Assembly (NCBI RefSeq): GCF_018350175.1
Contig: NC_058368.1
Span: forward strand, 189,102,001 to 189,166,000
Length of the DNA stretch: 64,000 nt
Direction of reading: 5' to 3'
Origin: Felis catus
Lineage: Eukaryota
Numbering within the stretch: position 1 is the first letter of the stretch; the number at the start of each line of letters is the position of its first letter. The notes under the pieces were generated by a model. The model had not been told where the DNA came from, did no database searches, and worked only from the letters and a program-made list of their open reading frames with translations. Below are positions 1 through 12,319 of this stretch, piece by piece. A program made the translations under genes and the position numbers.

Positions 1-1125
1 CTGAGTATACATGGAGGTGGGAGCTCCTGACTGCTTCTATTTTTTTCTCAGTGAAGAGTAAAGCAGATTCATCTGTCGAGAGGAGTAAGGATAGGAAAGA
101 GATGTCAAAGACTTGATGGTAGAGAAGAAAGCCATGATAGAATGATATATTGGTTTACATGCCAAAGTACCACAAACTGGGTGGCTTAAGCAACTGAAAC
201 ATACTGTCTCACAGTTCTGGAGGCTAGAAGTCCAAGATCAAGGTAGTGGCAGGGTTGGTTCCTTCTGAGGCTGTGAGGGACAATCTATTCTATGCCTCTT
301 CTTCCAGCTTTTGGTGATTTGCTGCCAATCTTTGGTGTTCTTTGGCTTTTAGAAGCATCACCCCAATCTGTTAACTTCATGTTCACATGGTATTCATCCC
401 ATGTAAGTATCTGTGTTCAAAATTCCCCTTTTTATAAGGACACCAGTCATGTTGGATTAGGGGTCATGCTCGTGACATGATTTTAACTAATTACATCTAC
501 AACCCTTTTCCCAAATAAGGTCACATTCTGAGGTACAGAGGGTTAGGGCTTCAACATATGAATTTTGGAGGTGTGGACACAATTCAATCCATAACAAATA
601 ATCAAGGAGATTGGCAGAAAATGAGGCTAGAACTTGTCTTGCAGCAAAAGGAGCCACAAACATTTTTGGGTGCAATTCCAGGAGACCATTTCCTCCACCA
701 ATATTCAGTTGCATGGGTGCAAGTATCAAGTAGAAGGAGATTAATCCAAAGTTGTGGTTTTACCTGATAAGCTCAAACAAAAGATTCAAGGATGTATGCT
801 AGTTGGTGATATTATGATTTACTATGGAATTGAAGTTGGGGAGGGAGGGAAGATAGGACTTGAAGGTGGATGGGACAGAGAAAAATATTAGGATCAATGG
901 GTCAGGGATCCCGGTGGGGTGAAAAGAAGGTTGAATCTGGGGCACTGGAGGAAGTAAACTAGAAAATTACAAAGTGGTAAGAAGAGAGTAAGATGCATGG
1001 AAGCGAAATAAAATGGTGTTTGGTTATTTTCAGTTACAAAGTCTAAGGTATGACACAAGAGTGAGTGGTTGAGGTGGGGAATGAACAAGATCATTGGAGG
1101 AGTAGAGACCACAGTATTGAGAAGG
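1..1125 (-). mobile_element. L2 LINE internal fragment, interrupted by an MLT1 LTR at 146-596
   Basis: Purine-rich degraded sequence with L2-like motifs (CTGCTTCTATTTTTTTCTCAGTGAAG; GAACAAGATCATTGGAGG) on both sides of the LTR. Confidence 0.6.
146..596 (-). mobile_element. MaLR solo LTR, MLT1B/MLT1C-like
   Basis: CTCACAGTTCTGGAGGCTAGAAGTCCAAGATCAAGG...CCAAATAAGGTCACATTCTGAGGTAC...CAATCCATAACA; 5-bp TSD AATGA (141-145) / AATAA (597-601). Confidence 0.9.
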
Positions 1126-2164
1126 CACTGTTTTGGAAGCGTCATCTATGTGTATGTTTCCATACATTCATTCATTTCTTCATTCAAATACTTATGTGCT
1201 GGCCGTGGGCAGAATGGAGTTTTGCTGAGAGCAAGGCTCATAAAACTCAGTAAGAGAGCCCCAGCTAAACCCAAGTGTCCCTGCCTGAGCTTAGGAGATA
1301 GTCTTAGATTGACCTATGTCATGATTATGGGAGCAAAAAAGAAAAAAATACTTATTGAAGTTAGCTTTCAAACTCCTTTGACACCCAAATAAACAATTAG
1401 CTTGGAAGAAAATAAAAATTTCATTCTCTAAACATCCTTCACTGCTTGTTTTAAAAATTATTATTATTATTTGGTCTCCTCAGTAGCTTATATTCATTGT
1501 GTTGATATGTGTGTTTCCTGGGGATTCTACACACTCCAAAATCTGAAGAGTAAGCAAAAATAGTGCTTCTGCTTAAACCCTTCACAGTTTATAGCCACAT
1601 TTACATAACATTAAATAAGTCAACAAAGGCATCATTAGCTCCCATTAAAATATGAGCAAAGAAATTTAAACGAACAAGACAGGCTAATTGGTAAGTAATG
1701 TTGTGTATCAAAAATTATGACTGTAAGATACCCCAGCTAATGAGAAGCCCTACAATCATGTTTACTACATATTTAAAAATTAAATGAAGGTGACTAAAAG
1801 TTAACAGAAAAGATTTTCCTTTTCATTGATGCTATGATATCCGTTTTTCAAAGTTTGAAAGTAATAAGAGATTTTAGCCATCTACCTTGACAAAACATCT
1901 CCTTATAATATATGTGATTTTTACCTTTTCTGTTCTTCTTGAGTTGTAAGCAGGAAAGCCATAGTGTGGGTAGAGAGAAAGGCAGAACTCTGAATTATAC
2001 CAGTGAGTGGGCCTTGGTCTGATCTCAGGCCATGGATGTGAGAGGAATTTTCTCTTACTCCTTTCTCTGTGTAGGTCTGGGTCTAACTCTGGGTAGATGT
2101 GCCCTTCACGTCAGCCACCTCATGCCTGAGTGATGGTGGTTCCTAATGCTGCCTGCCTACAAAG

Positions 2165-2298
2165 ATACCAGGGCTGAAACCAAAAGATGCTGATGCCTGA
2201 TCAATTAAATCAGAATCCTGGGGAAGGACTCGGGCATGTGTGCTTTAGAAAAGCTATCCCATTGATTCTAAAGAGCCGCCAAGGTTGAAAAACACTCT
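2165..2298. mobile_element. MER5-family hAT-Charlie MITE fragment
   Basis: CAATTAAATCAGAATCCTGGGG...TGATTCTAAAGAGCCGCCAAGGTTGAAAAACACT. Confidence 0.65.
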
Positions 2299-2399
2299 AC
2301 TTGCCCTCCCATTAATCAAATAGCAGCTACCATTTACTGAGTGCCCACTATATATGAAACTCTCTAATAGAAACTTGAGCAGGTTATGTTTTATTCTTT

Positions 2400-2770
2400 C
2401 CCCCAACATTTTATTATGAATTTTTTTTCATGCAGCAAAGTTGAAATGATTTTCTAGTGAACTCTACTTACAGGCCACCTAGATTATACCATTAATGTTT
2501 TACTATTTCAGGCTTTTATACCTATCCCTCTATCCATCAGTGCATCTATTTTTTTTTACACATTTCAAGGTACATTATAGACACCTGTACAATTTCCACT
2601 TAATACTTCAACATGTATATTATTAGCTATAGTACAATATTTGCTTACTTCTTCATTTGATGTAAACTTTCTGGAGAAAAATACACAAATTTTGAGTGTA
2701 CATTCATACTGACTTTAAATAAATAAATATATTTGTATAACTCAAGCTGCTATCAAGACAGAATATTAGG
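2400..2770 (-). mobile_element. Old L1 (L1MC-like) 3' end
   Basis: AACATTTTATTATGAA...AAAGTTGAAA...CCACCTAGATTATACCATTAA...TACTTCAACATGTATAT. Confidence 0.65.
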
Positions 2771-3655
2771 TAGCCTATTTTATACTTTGTTAGATATAAT
2801 CTTAAATACTAGTTATTGAAAAAGACCGTGTAGAAAGGGCAGTACTTTATCTCAAAGAAAGACCGCTTAATGGTGGAATTTCACACACTGAGGCATTAAA
2901 TAGAAAATATTTGAGAGAACAGAAAACAAAAGGGCCTCCATGTCATCCTTCAGGAGGCTCAGACACACTACATATTGAATCAGATTACACTGCATGAGGT
3001 AGGCACTTTGTGGGTGGTGCATCTTAAGTGGAAGCTATCTTGCAGCATGGAGTCCTATGCCTTGTGTGTGTGTGTGTGTGGGGGGGTATACATGTGTGTT
3101 GAAAGAAAGTGTAGTTATGACACTTTGTTTAGCTCAAGACACTCATTTCTTTAAAAGTAGATAGCTTTCTTTGTATGTCTTCTTTTGGCCAGCACAAATC
3201 TATAATAATAGATAAGACTTAAGACCCAGGAGACGCTGCATCACAGGCTGCATCAATTGCCCTATGCCCTCGCCCTAAATCCAGAGCTGCCCAGGTCCTC
3301 AGAGCCTCCTTACTTGGGATTGTCAATGGGGAGAGGTTTCTAGAAAGCACAGTGTTACGGGAATCAAGGCCTTTAAATGCTAATGGCAAGAGGAAATGAT
3401 CTTGCTTCTGAACTCTGAAAACAGAGATTGATTTAATAAACCATAAAGAGTTTTCAGCAATGTATCCAACTTCAACTAAAAAGACACATCCTGCATTACA
3501 GTGCTGGGGGTCTCCACTTCTTCCCTTCCATTTGGAAAGCTGAGCTCAGAGGCCATAACACCAGTGGAGCCTATGTGTGGATACTCTCAAATGATGAGTC
3601 TTCATTTTGTGGCCTCTGAGTTACAAGTTCTCTGCATAAAAATGTGTCTAAATTT

Positions 3656-3658
<3 letters not shown>

Positions 3659-3703
<45 letters not shown>
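3659..3703. repeat. (GT)22 microsatellite
   Basis: Directly visible. Confidence 0.98.
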
Positions 3704-3706
<3 letters not shown>

Positions 3707-4000
3707 GAATGGTCCTCACCCTGGATTTAACACATCTCTCTCCCTTCATTTAGATTGCTCCAGAAGTCTCAAATCCTTATAAAGACTTAGATTATCCATT
3801 GAGTCATTCAGTGGATATTGAATGATAGTTATTGACAACCTCCTCTATGCCAGGAGCTGGGAATGCAATAATGAACAGAGTAGTCAGTGTTACTGCTTTT
3901 ATGAAGCTGCGTCCCACAAGAAAAGAGAATAGTATATAGTCAAGTAAACAGTTTCTGTCTTGCAATTTTGACAACTGTTTGTGGAAATCATCCAGGAAAT

Positions 4001-4759
4001 TTTTTTCTGTAAGTATAACTGACATACAATATCCTATCAGTTTCAGGTGTACATCATAGTGATTCAGTGTTTTTATACAAAATGATCCCACAATAGGTCT
4101 AGTCATGGTCTGTCACCACACAAAGTCATTATGATATTACTGACTATATTCCCTATGCTGCACATCACATCCCTATCACTTATTTATGAAGTTTGTATCT
4201 CTTAAACTTCTTTACTTATGTCACCTGCCTCCCAAACTCACCCTCTTCTGGTAACCAGCAGTTTGTTTCCTGTATCTATGAGTCTGCTTCTGCTTTGCCT
4301 ATTTGTTTGTTTCATTTTTTACATTGCATATATAAGTGAAATCATACAATATTTGTCTTTATCTTACTTATTTCACTTAGCATAATACCCTCTAGCTCCA
4401 TCTACATTGTTGCAAATGGCAAGATTTCATTCTTTTTTATGGCTGAGTGATATTATATAATGTATAATGTCCATGTTAATATTATACACACACACACACA
4501 TATCATATCTTCTTTATTCATTCATCTATTAATGGGCACTTAGATTGTTTCCATATCTTGGCTATTGTAAATAATGCTGTAATGAACTTATATCTGTTCA
4601 GATAGACACATCTCTGTTCAGATAGATATATATCTGTTCAGATAGATGTTTTTGTTTTATTCAGAAAAATACCCTGAAGTGAAATTGCTGAATGGTACAG
4701 TAGTTCTATTTTTAATTTTTTGAGGAACGTCCATATCACTTTCCATGGTGGCTGCACCA
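4001..4759 (-). mobile_element. 5'-truncated L1 3' end (L1MA9/L1_Carn-like)
   Basis: TTTCACTTAGCATAATACCCTC...GCAAATGGCAAGATTTCATTC...TTTTTGAGGAAC; TSD ATCCAGGAAAT (3990-4000) / ATCCAGGGAAT (4760-4770). Confidence 0.9.
4591..4650. repeat. 3 x 20-bp tandem repeat inside L1
   Basis: TATCTGTTCAGATAGACACA / TCTCTGTTCAGATAGATATA / TATCTGTTCAGATAGATGTT. Confidence 0.95.
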
Positions 4760-6061
4760 ATCCAGGGAATGTTTTGAATGTATAACATAAAGGCCTTAGT
4801 CTGTGAGGTATGCTGGGGTTGAAGGAAAGGGTTCCCTGAGGAAGTACAGCTCAGATAAGGCCTCAAGAATGAATTGAACACAGCTGGGTGTTGAGCAGAA
4901 GTGAGCGCATTTATAAGCAGAGGCCACAGATGGTGAAAAGGTCTGGAGACAGCAAAGAACAAAGCAATTGCCATGAATTGAAAAGCAGGAGGGAGGACAT
5001 TGTGGCTGGATTGGAATAAGCCACAGTGATAGGAGATGGAAGTAGGAAGGGCCACGTGCAAACCTGGTGGCCATAATAAAAGCATAGGTTTTATTCCAGT
5101 TACAGTGGGAAGATATTCTTATACGAATATACATGAAGATATTCTTGTAAGCAAATGGTTGACATAATCAGACTTTTAAAAAAATTTTCTCTGGGTGGGT
5201 GTGGAGGTCAGATTGGAGAGCACAAGGGTTGATATCCAGGAGGACTGTTTTGGAGACTTGCGGTCATCCATTGGTGCAGATGATGACCTGGGCTGGTGTG
5301 GGAGCCATGGAGATGCAGAAGAGTGTCTGCCATTAATGGCGTCTCATTCGCCCCTGCTGGTTCTTCTTTTCCATGCCCTCTTGACAGTGGGTTTCCCAAT
5401 GCTCTGACTCACAACTCACATACAGGCCTTACCAATACATAAATACAAATTGGCATGCCTGGGGATTGTATATGACCTGGAAGACTGAGGAGAAAGCTTC
5501 TTTCACATTAGCCAGCTGCACTTTGGAATAATACACAGACCTCTGTGAATCATTTCATGGTTTATTAAACAAAATTCTGTTTGCAATTGGCAAGTTAGGA
5601 AAATAAACGTCCATGTTTGTTTTCACTTTCTATTTCCTTGGTTTGTCCAGGGACTCGCAGCCCAAATCTTAGGGCTGTCCTTGGAGACTCAGGAAACAGA
5701 GCTGGATTCCCACTTTTGAATGTCGCAGGGCAATCAGCCACAGATTGCCATTAACCCCTCTGAGAACAAGGGGGAGTTCTTGATGTTGTTCCATTGTCGG
5801 AGAGGGCATATGTGCCACCTACCAGGGCCAGCAGGTATCAGCCTCTCATAGTGTGTTATTGCTCCAGATGCTGCCCCTCGGACCATCTGCCCTTCCCAAA
5901 CCGGGGGAATGCTCTGAAGAACCCACGGACAGAAGAGCTCTGCCTTGCCTGAGGAATGGCACTCTACCAGTGTTTACCTACAACGTCATTCGAGAAATGT
6001 GTGTGTTGGGGGTGGGAGGGGATTTACTTGGCTCAATCCTGTTTGAGTGCCTGGTTTCTAT

Positions 6062-6245
6062 AGAGGACAACAATCCTGAGTGTGCATCAGAATTACTTGG
6101 AGGACTTGTTAAAACACAGAGAGTTGAGCCCCACACCCAGAGTTTCTGAGCCAGATCTGGGGCAGAGCCTGAGAATTTTCATTTTAACAAGTGTCTGAAC
6201 GATGCTGAAGCTGCTCACCTGGGGACACACCAGAGAACCCTTGGT
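6062..6245. mobile_element. MER5A hAT-Charlie MITE
   Basis: GTGCATCAGAATTACTTGGAGGACTTGTTAAAACACAGA...CCCAGAGTTTCTGA...GATGCTGAAGCTGCT. Confidence 0.85.
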
Positions 6246-7029
6246 CTATGCAACATGGCCCCACAGAGAAGCTGTGTTCAGTGAACACACTTTCGTCAAA
6301 TGCCTCCTGGGTGTCTGGCCCTGTAGCCTCCTCCAGTGTCTTTGCCTCAGAGTTCTGGAGCCTCCCTTCTCTCCCAGGCAGAAATCAACTGGGCTCCTGA
6401 GGCATCACCCGTGCTCCCTCCACCCTGGGTTTACCTAGTACTTTCTATGGCAAAGGCCCTCCCTTAATGGCAAGGTCATTTTCATTCTTTGTGCAACACT
6501 TGGCGCATAGTAAAAGTTAATTTAAGCAAAATCATCAACTTTGGTAAATGAACGGATGAGCAGTTCAGGACGGATCTTTGATCCAAGGCATCTTGACAGC
6601 ATCTAGAATATTCACCAGAAGCTGAATCATATTTCTATTGATTCCGTCATTTAATACCATATTTAAGACCTCTAATATGTGCTCTGTTTTATGTAGGGTA
6701 AGGCATTGTCTCTGTGGGCAAGGATTTTTAAAATCCAATTGTGACAAAGAAAACAGTCAAATACAACACTACAATATGAGGATAACCTTTATCGTTGATT
6801 GACATATCTTAAGTCACTGAGCACTTTAGGCATCTGGAAGAAAAGGTCATTTTTGCTTTGCACATATTAGGCAAATCTTTGAAGTGATATGTTCACGTCT
6901 TCGGGGGCCTCATTCCGTTATTTACTTACTGAAATGCTCACTAAACAACTGCAACGTGTTACAAGAGGCACGGGAGAATGTCAGTATCGTGGAAGGATTT
7001 AGGGTTTATTTAGTGTAACGTTTCTCCAG

Positions 7030-7255
7030 ATAATAGAATCCCCTCAAAATGTTCCCATCCTAAAAGGCTGTCCAACAGCTTCTTGAATACTTCTGTTAAC
7101 ACAAGACTCACTACCTCATGTGGCAGCCCATCTTTGAAGTACTGATGACCATTAACCTTTCCTAAATTGAGATGAAATCTCTCTCCCTGAAATGCCTACA
7201 ACTGGTCCTATTTTTACCCTTTGTAGTAATAAAGGATGTTCAATTTCTTTTCCCC
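7030..7255 (-). mobile_element. L3/CR1 LINE fragment
   Basis: TTGAATACTTCTG...ACTCACTACCTC..GGCAGCCCAT...GAAATCTCTCTCCCTG...CTGGTCCTA. Confidence 0.65.
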
Positions 7256-7285
7256 CAACAAACCCATTAGGTAATAGAAATGGAT

Positions 7286-7470
7286 ATGGCATAGTAGGGC
7301 AGAACGTGGACACAAAACCTGGATGGCCCAGCTTTGAATCTCAGTTCCCAAATTTACTACCTGTGGGAGCAAGTTCTTTAATCCTCCTGTGACCCAATTT
7401 TCTTATCTGTCAAATGGGGATATTGTTAAGACTCAAATGGCTCTTTTGCAGGTTAAAAATACACTCCTTG
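7286..7470 (+). mobile_element. MIR SINE; 3' part resumes at about 7917
   Basis: MIR core CAATTTTCTTATCTGTCAAATGGGGATA. Confidence 0.75.
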
Positions 7471-7472
7471 TT

Positions 7473-7680
7473 GGGGCACCTGGGTGGCTCAGTTGATTAA
7501 GCGTCTGACTTCGGCTCAGGTCATGATCTCACGGTCAATGGGTTTGACCCCCATGTTAGGCTCTGTGTTGACAGCTCAGAGTCTGGAGCCTGCTTCGGAT
7601 TCTGTGTTTCCATCTCTATCTGCCCCTCCCCTGCTGACTCTCTCTCTCAAAAATAAATAAACATTAAAAAAAATTAAAAG
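7473..7680 (+). mobile_element. Carnivore tRNA-derived SINE (SINEC_Fc-like)
   Basis: GGGGCACCTGGGTGGCTCAG head, CT-rich segment, AATAAA and A-tail; flanks ATACACTCCTTG / ATACTCCTTG. Confidence 0.97.
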
Positions 7681-7884
7681 AAAAAAAGTTACAGAGAGGG
7701 AAGGAGGCGAACCATAAGAGACTCTTAAAAACTGAGAATAAACTGAGGGTTGATGGGGGGGTGGGAGGGAGGGGAAAGTGGATGATGGACATTGAGGAGG
7801 GCACCTGTTGGGATGAGCACAGGGTGTTGTATGGAAACCAATTTGATGATAAATTTCATATTAAAAAATAAATAAAAAAAATTT
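7681..7884 (+). mobile_element. Short L1_Fc-type 3' UTR inserted in the SINE A-tail
   Basis: AACCATAAGAGACTCTTAAAAACTGAGAA...GGGCACCTGTTGGGATGAGCAC...GGAAACCAATTTGA plus A-tail; AAAAAATTAAAAG on both sides. Confidence 0.93.
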
Positions 7885-8037
7885 AAAAAATTAAAAGTAT
7901 ATATACATACTCCTTGCAATGAATTTGGAACAGGGTCTGACATATAATTAATAATATTGACATAATCAATAATATTAATTGTTACTGTTACTCTTATTAG
8001 TATTCTTTGTAAGGAGGTCTGTTCTCTCAGTTTTAAA

Positions 8038-8246
8038 TTTTTTTTTTCAACGTTTATTTTTGGGACAGAGAGAGACAGAGCATGAACGGGGGAGGGGCAG
8101 AGAGAGAGGGAGACACAGAATCAGAAACAGGCTCCAGGCTCCGAGCCATCAGCCCAGAGCCTGACGCGGGGCTCGAACTCACGGACCGCGAGATCGTGAC
8201 CTGGCTGAAGTCGGACGCTTAACCGACTGCGCCACCCAGGTACCCC
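8038..8246 (-). mobile_element. Young SINEC_Fc
   Basis: CpG-rich full-length copy with intact A and B boxes; perfect 14-bp TSD CTCTCAGTTTTAAA (8024-8037 / 8247-8260). Confidence 0.98.
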
Positions 8247-9112
8247 CTCTCAGTTTTAAACTAAGCATCCTTGTAACAGACAGCCATGGTATGACCCATG
8301 GCTGCTCTCATCTCCTTGGTCTTTTCCAGAACAAGGTGTGTTAGATTCAGTGTGTTGGATCTCTCTTACTACGGTGATCAGAGCAGAGCCCAACCTTAGG
8401 AGCCGTTTGTCTAGCACAGGATAGGGAAAGACTATCATGCATAACTGTTCTTTAATTCAGATTTGCAATAGTGATATCAATAATCACAAAAACATATTAA
8501 ATGTCTATTATATTCAGATATTATGCTAGACTCCTTTACATCATTTCTCATTCTTATGGCAGCTGAGAGGCTCCACAGGCACATGTGGAGGCAGAAGAGC
8601 CAGGATCCAAATAGATCCTCAGGCTTTGGAGGGGCCCTCTTGTCATGCTCCATGCTGCTGCATTGTATGCAGTGAGTTTCCAAGGAATGACAGGGCCTCT
8701 GACTTTGGCAGTCAGGGCAAAGCTATAAAATGAGTTGTGAGCCCTGCAGCACTGGGTGGGGAGAGTGTTCAGATTACAGCCGTATTTATTCATTGCTGCA
8801 ATAGCCATGCTCTCTCTCTGATCTTTCTCCCTAAGTCTCTTGGGTTGGGCAAAGAAAATACTCCTGGGCAGAATATAATCAAGACCTGAAACTATTCAGA
8901 GGACTGAGTCTGTTACATTTCAAACACCAAAAAGATGAGAAAGTTAACATAAAGTATGCAGCACATGGGGCGTTTCCTTCTCGTGCTGTGCAGGCATTAA
9001 TGGACCTCCATTGTATCTATCCTTACTATTACCGGATAGTTTGTCAAAATAACCGTAGCCCCCAGTCAGCACTGAATGTCATTAGCAGGGACTGTTCGGT
9101 GGATTAACGGCA

Positions 9113-9330
9113 GCAGCAGCTGACACTTATTGAGCACATGCTCTGTGCCAGGCTGTCCACTAAGTGCTGGGTCCTCACTCTCTCATTACGACCAGTTCTA
9201 TCCCAGTGAGTGAGTGGCTATGGTATTTCCCTTTCTCAGCGGAGGGTGCACATGTTCAGGCTGGTTATGTGGCTGGTCTCAAAGATGGTTAAATTCTGAG
9301 CTGTTGGATCTCCTGTGTAGCCACAATTCT
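9113..9330 (-). mobile_element. MIR SINE
   Basis: GCTGACACTTATTGAGCAC...TGTGCCAGGC...CTAAGTGCT. Confidence 0.6.
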
Positions 9331-12319
9331 ATCTTGGGGCTGTTTGTACACAGTTCCCATTTTTCTCTGACGAAATGTCCAGGAGTAACCTCTGCTCCAT
9401 GCACATCACTGTCACCACCGTGATGAAGGAAGGGCCAGAAAGAAGCCAGGAGGAGGTGTGGGTCTGGGGGATGAGGGACCCTGTTGTGGGGAAGGACACA
9501 ATCGCCACTCCCTAAGCCACAAATGATGCTCACAGACAATTCTTAAGGAAGGACTCGACCTTCCCAGAAGAGGCCAAATATTAGCAAGCACAGCTCCATG
9601 GTTACAGAAAGTATATACTTTACAAAACATTGTTATGGATATGAAATTATTAAGTTCTCACAGCTACCCTATGAGGAGGGTACAGTTATTATCATTGATT
9701 CATAGGAGGGAAACTGAGGGTATAAGAATGGTTGTTAGAGATTCCTCAGTCAGAATGCCGCAGGAGCAGGACCTGGGCTTTGGAAACTTTGCTTATTTTT
9801 TTCCCCATTAACATCTTACTTTTTTGGTCTTGAATTTAAAATGGAAATATATGTAAGTAAAAGCTTGAACATGTTAAGGGAAAAAAAGGAACTGTAAATA
9901 AGCAAAGAGAAAAGAATGTCAAACCATTCAAAGGACTCATTCCAAGACAACCTCTATTAACATTTTGGTCTATTTCCTTCCAGACATTTTTTTTTCAAAG
10001 TACATACATACATACATATTTTTTTTAAGATAGAGGTATCATACATATTAGTTTGTGACCTGGTTTTTATTTCCCCCACAAAATATTATGTATGTGTTTC
10101 CATGTTAGCATGTTGTATACGTAACCACATTTCACAGCCCGTTCTATCCCACTGTTCCAATCTCCTCAAGTTCAACAAGCAGGCCCTATTCTTCCAGCTT
10201 GTGTTCTCTCTCCAAGTCCGTTCAGGAAGTGATGGGCCAAATAAAGCAAAAATAAAATAAAAAGCAAAACATTTTTCCTCCCAACAGTCTTACGGGGACC
10301 TTAAATCTACCTCCTCCCCCTGTCACAAATCCCACTTGAATACAAGACAGCCTAGAGTGCAGGGTAGCTCCAACCTGGAATGTACTATGAATTCAGAGAA
10401 GCATAGTAAACTCAATCCAAGCCCAGAAATCACAAAGGGTTTCCTATTGCCTTCTTTGAAACAGGGTTTCGTGTTTGGTAAGACAAAGAAAGGGCTAGCA
10501 TTACTGTATTCTGACCACTCTGATAAGGGTGAGGTCTGCAATCTTAACTAATGCCCCCAAGCCTTTGTAGTAGGCATGGAGAGAATCCCACCTGCTGACT
10601 CGGACTCTTCTCAGAAGAGAAAATGCACCCAGCCATTGATGGAAGACCTTTCCCAAGCTCTCCCGTTACCTGGCATTGTCACAGTTATAACTAGATAACT
10701 TGCTCTGTGTGCACCTTCAGTCCCCACTTGCTGCCCCAGGATAACATTCGTCATTAGAATACAAAATGCCTACTTTGGAGGTTTGTCATTCTCTGCCAGA
10801 TCAGATGAAGTTTTCTCTTCAGAAAAGAGAAAAAGAAAGAAAATAAGAAACAGAAAAAAAATAGAAGTGGGAAGAAGAGATCAACAGGGTTAAGTACGTA
10901 TGGGGAACGTTATAAGTAAATGAATGGGCCATAGATACTTGCCTACAGGTGTGTTGCAGCTTCCATTTCTAGGCAACGCGTTCATTTATCCCCATCTTTC
11001 TAATGTGTGTGAGAGAGAATTTCCAAGTGAAGTACCTTTCTATGCTTTGAATCCATGCCAACAATCAAAGGTATACAACAGAACTGCTGAAAGCAAGAGA
11101 AGGGCTGATGGAATCTTAATAGCTCTGGGAACTCACTCACTCCTTCTTCTCCTTGGAGCCCTATTAATAGTACAGTTGGTAACATCAAATGATTTTGATT
11201 CCCTTTTCCACAACTGCTATTTTGGCTCCTTTGGCATCTTCAAACTATATTTCCCATGGTAATTATTATTGCATTTCCTTTATTTCCAATGTCAGTTTAT
11301 TTTCAAAGAAAAAAAATCATACAACATGGCTAACGAAGTCAAAATAGAACAATTTGTTAGATTAAGTAAATATCTATTTGCATAATTGTGATTCCCATTT
11401 CTGTATTAGCAGAGCAGCAAAACTAACAGTATTCAATTCAGAAGGACATAGTGTGCAAGACCTTATGCCTCACTGGGGAGCAGCCAGAACCTACCTTCTG
11501 CCCAAGGCCAATGTCCCATTGCCAGTGAGAAATCTTCCCTGCTATACTACTGTCTCTCACCTCATTCCTTCAGGAAAAAGATTTTAACGTGTTTTGTTTT
11601 GTAGATTAACTTTTATCCTGATATTATTTAAGGTAAAAATCTAGTGTAAGGTTAAAAATGAACTAGAAACCAGAATGTGAGAACTTTTGGTTGTTCTGAA
11701 AAATGGATCTCCATAAAGAGCCTCAATTTACTCTAAGAGAGGTCAACTATCTATCCTAATAATTTTTGAAAAAAAGCAGGTTAATCCAAAGAATTATGTG
11801 TTAGTTTGAAGGAACTCTTGTTATCTTATAGTTTAAGCCTGGCTATCACACAGAATTATGCAGGATGTCTGTCTGTCCTAGGACTCTTGAAATGAGAGTT
11901 TTCAATAAGGCAATCTCAGAGCATAAAGTCTAAAGGTATGTTCATTAACTCATATGAAGTTAAACAACCTTTGTAGTTAAAACTTATAAAACATTTATTA
12001 CATGTTAAGTCAATGTGCTGCAGTAGATAATAATCTACAAGGAATGATTTTACTTTTATATAGGAAGAAAATATTCAAGACCATTTTATGGTAGTGAGCA
12101 CATGAACTTGTTTTTTCTCCATTATACGATCTATACCTTTCTGATCTAGGTTCCTGGTCATTTATGTAAAAATAACTAATATCAGAGGTAACTCTGAGAT
12201 TCGGTTTTCAAAATTCAAGCACACAGTCATGTAATTTGAAGAACTTAATTGTGTACAACCAGACCATGTAGTCAGACTGGGGCAGGGGGGTGGGGGTGGA
12301 CTTGGGGGGGGGGTCCCAG

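Larger units (their letters stand above)
3800..5320 (-). mobile_element. L2 3' region, split by an L1 insertion at 4001-4759
   Basis: L2 tail-like TATTGACAACCTCCTCTATGCCAGG at left; GAAGGGTTCCCTGAGGAAGT...TTTTATTCCAGTTACAGTGGGAAG...GACATAATCAGACTT at right. Confidence 0.65.

Noticed and set aside
4591..4650. CRISPR-like palindromic repeats
   Set aside because: The units are contiguous with no spacers, lie inside a mammalian L1, and there are no cas genes.
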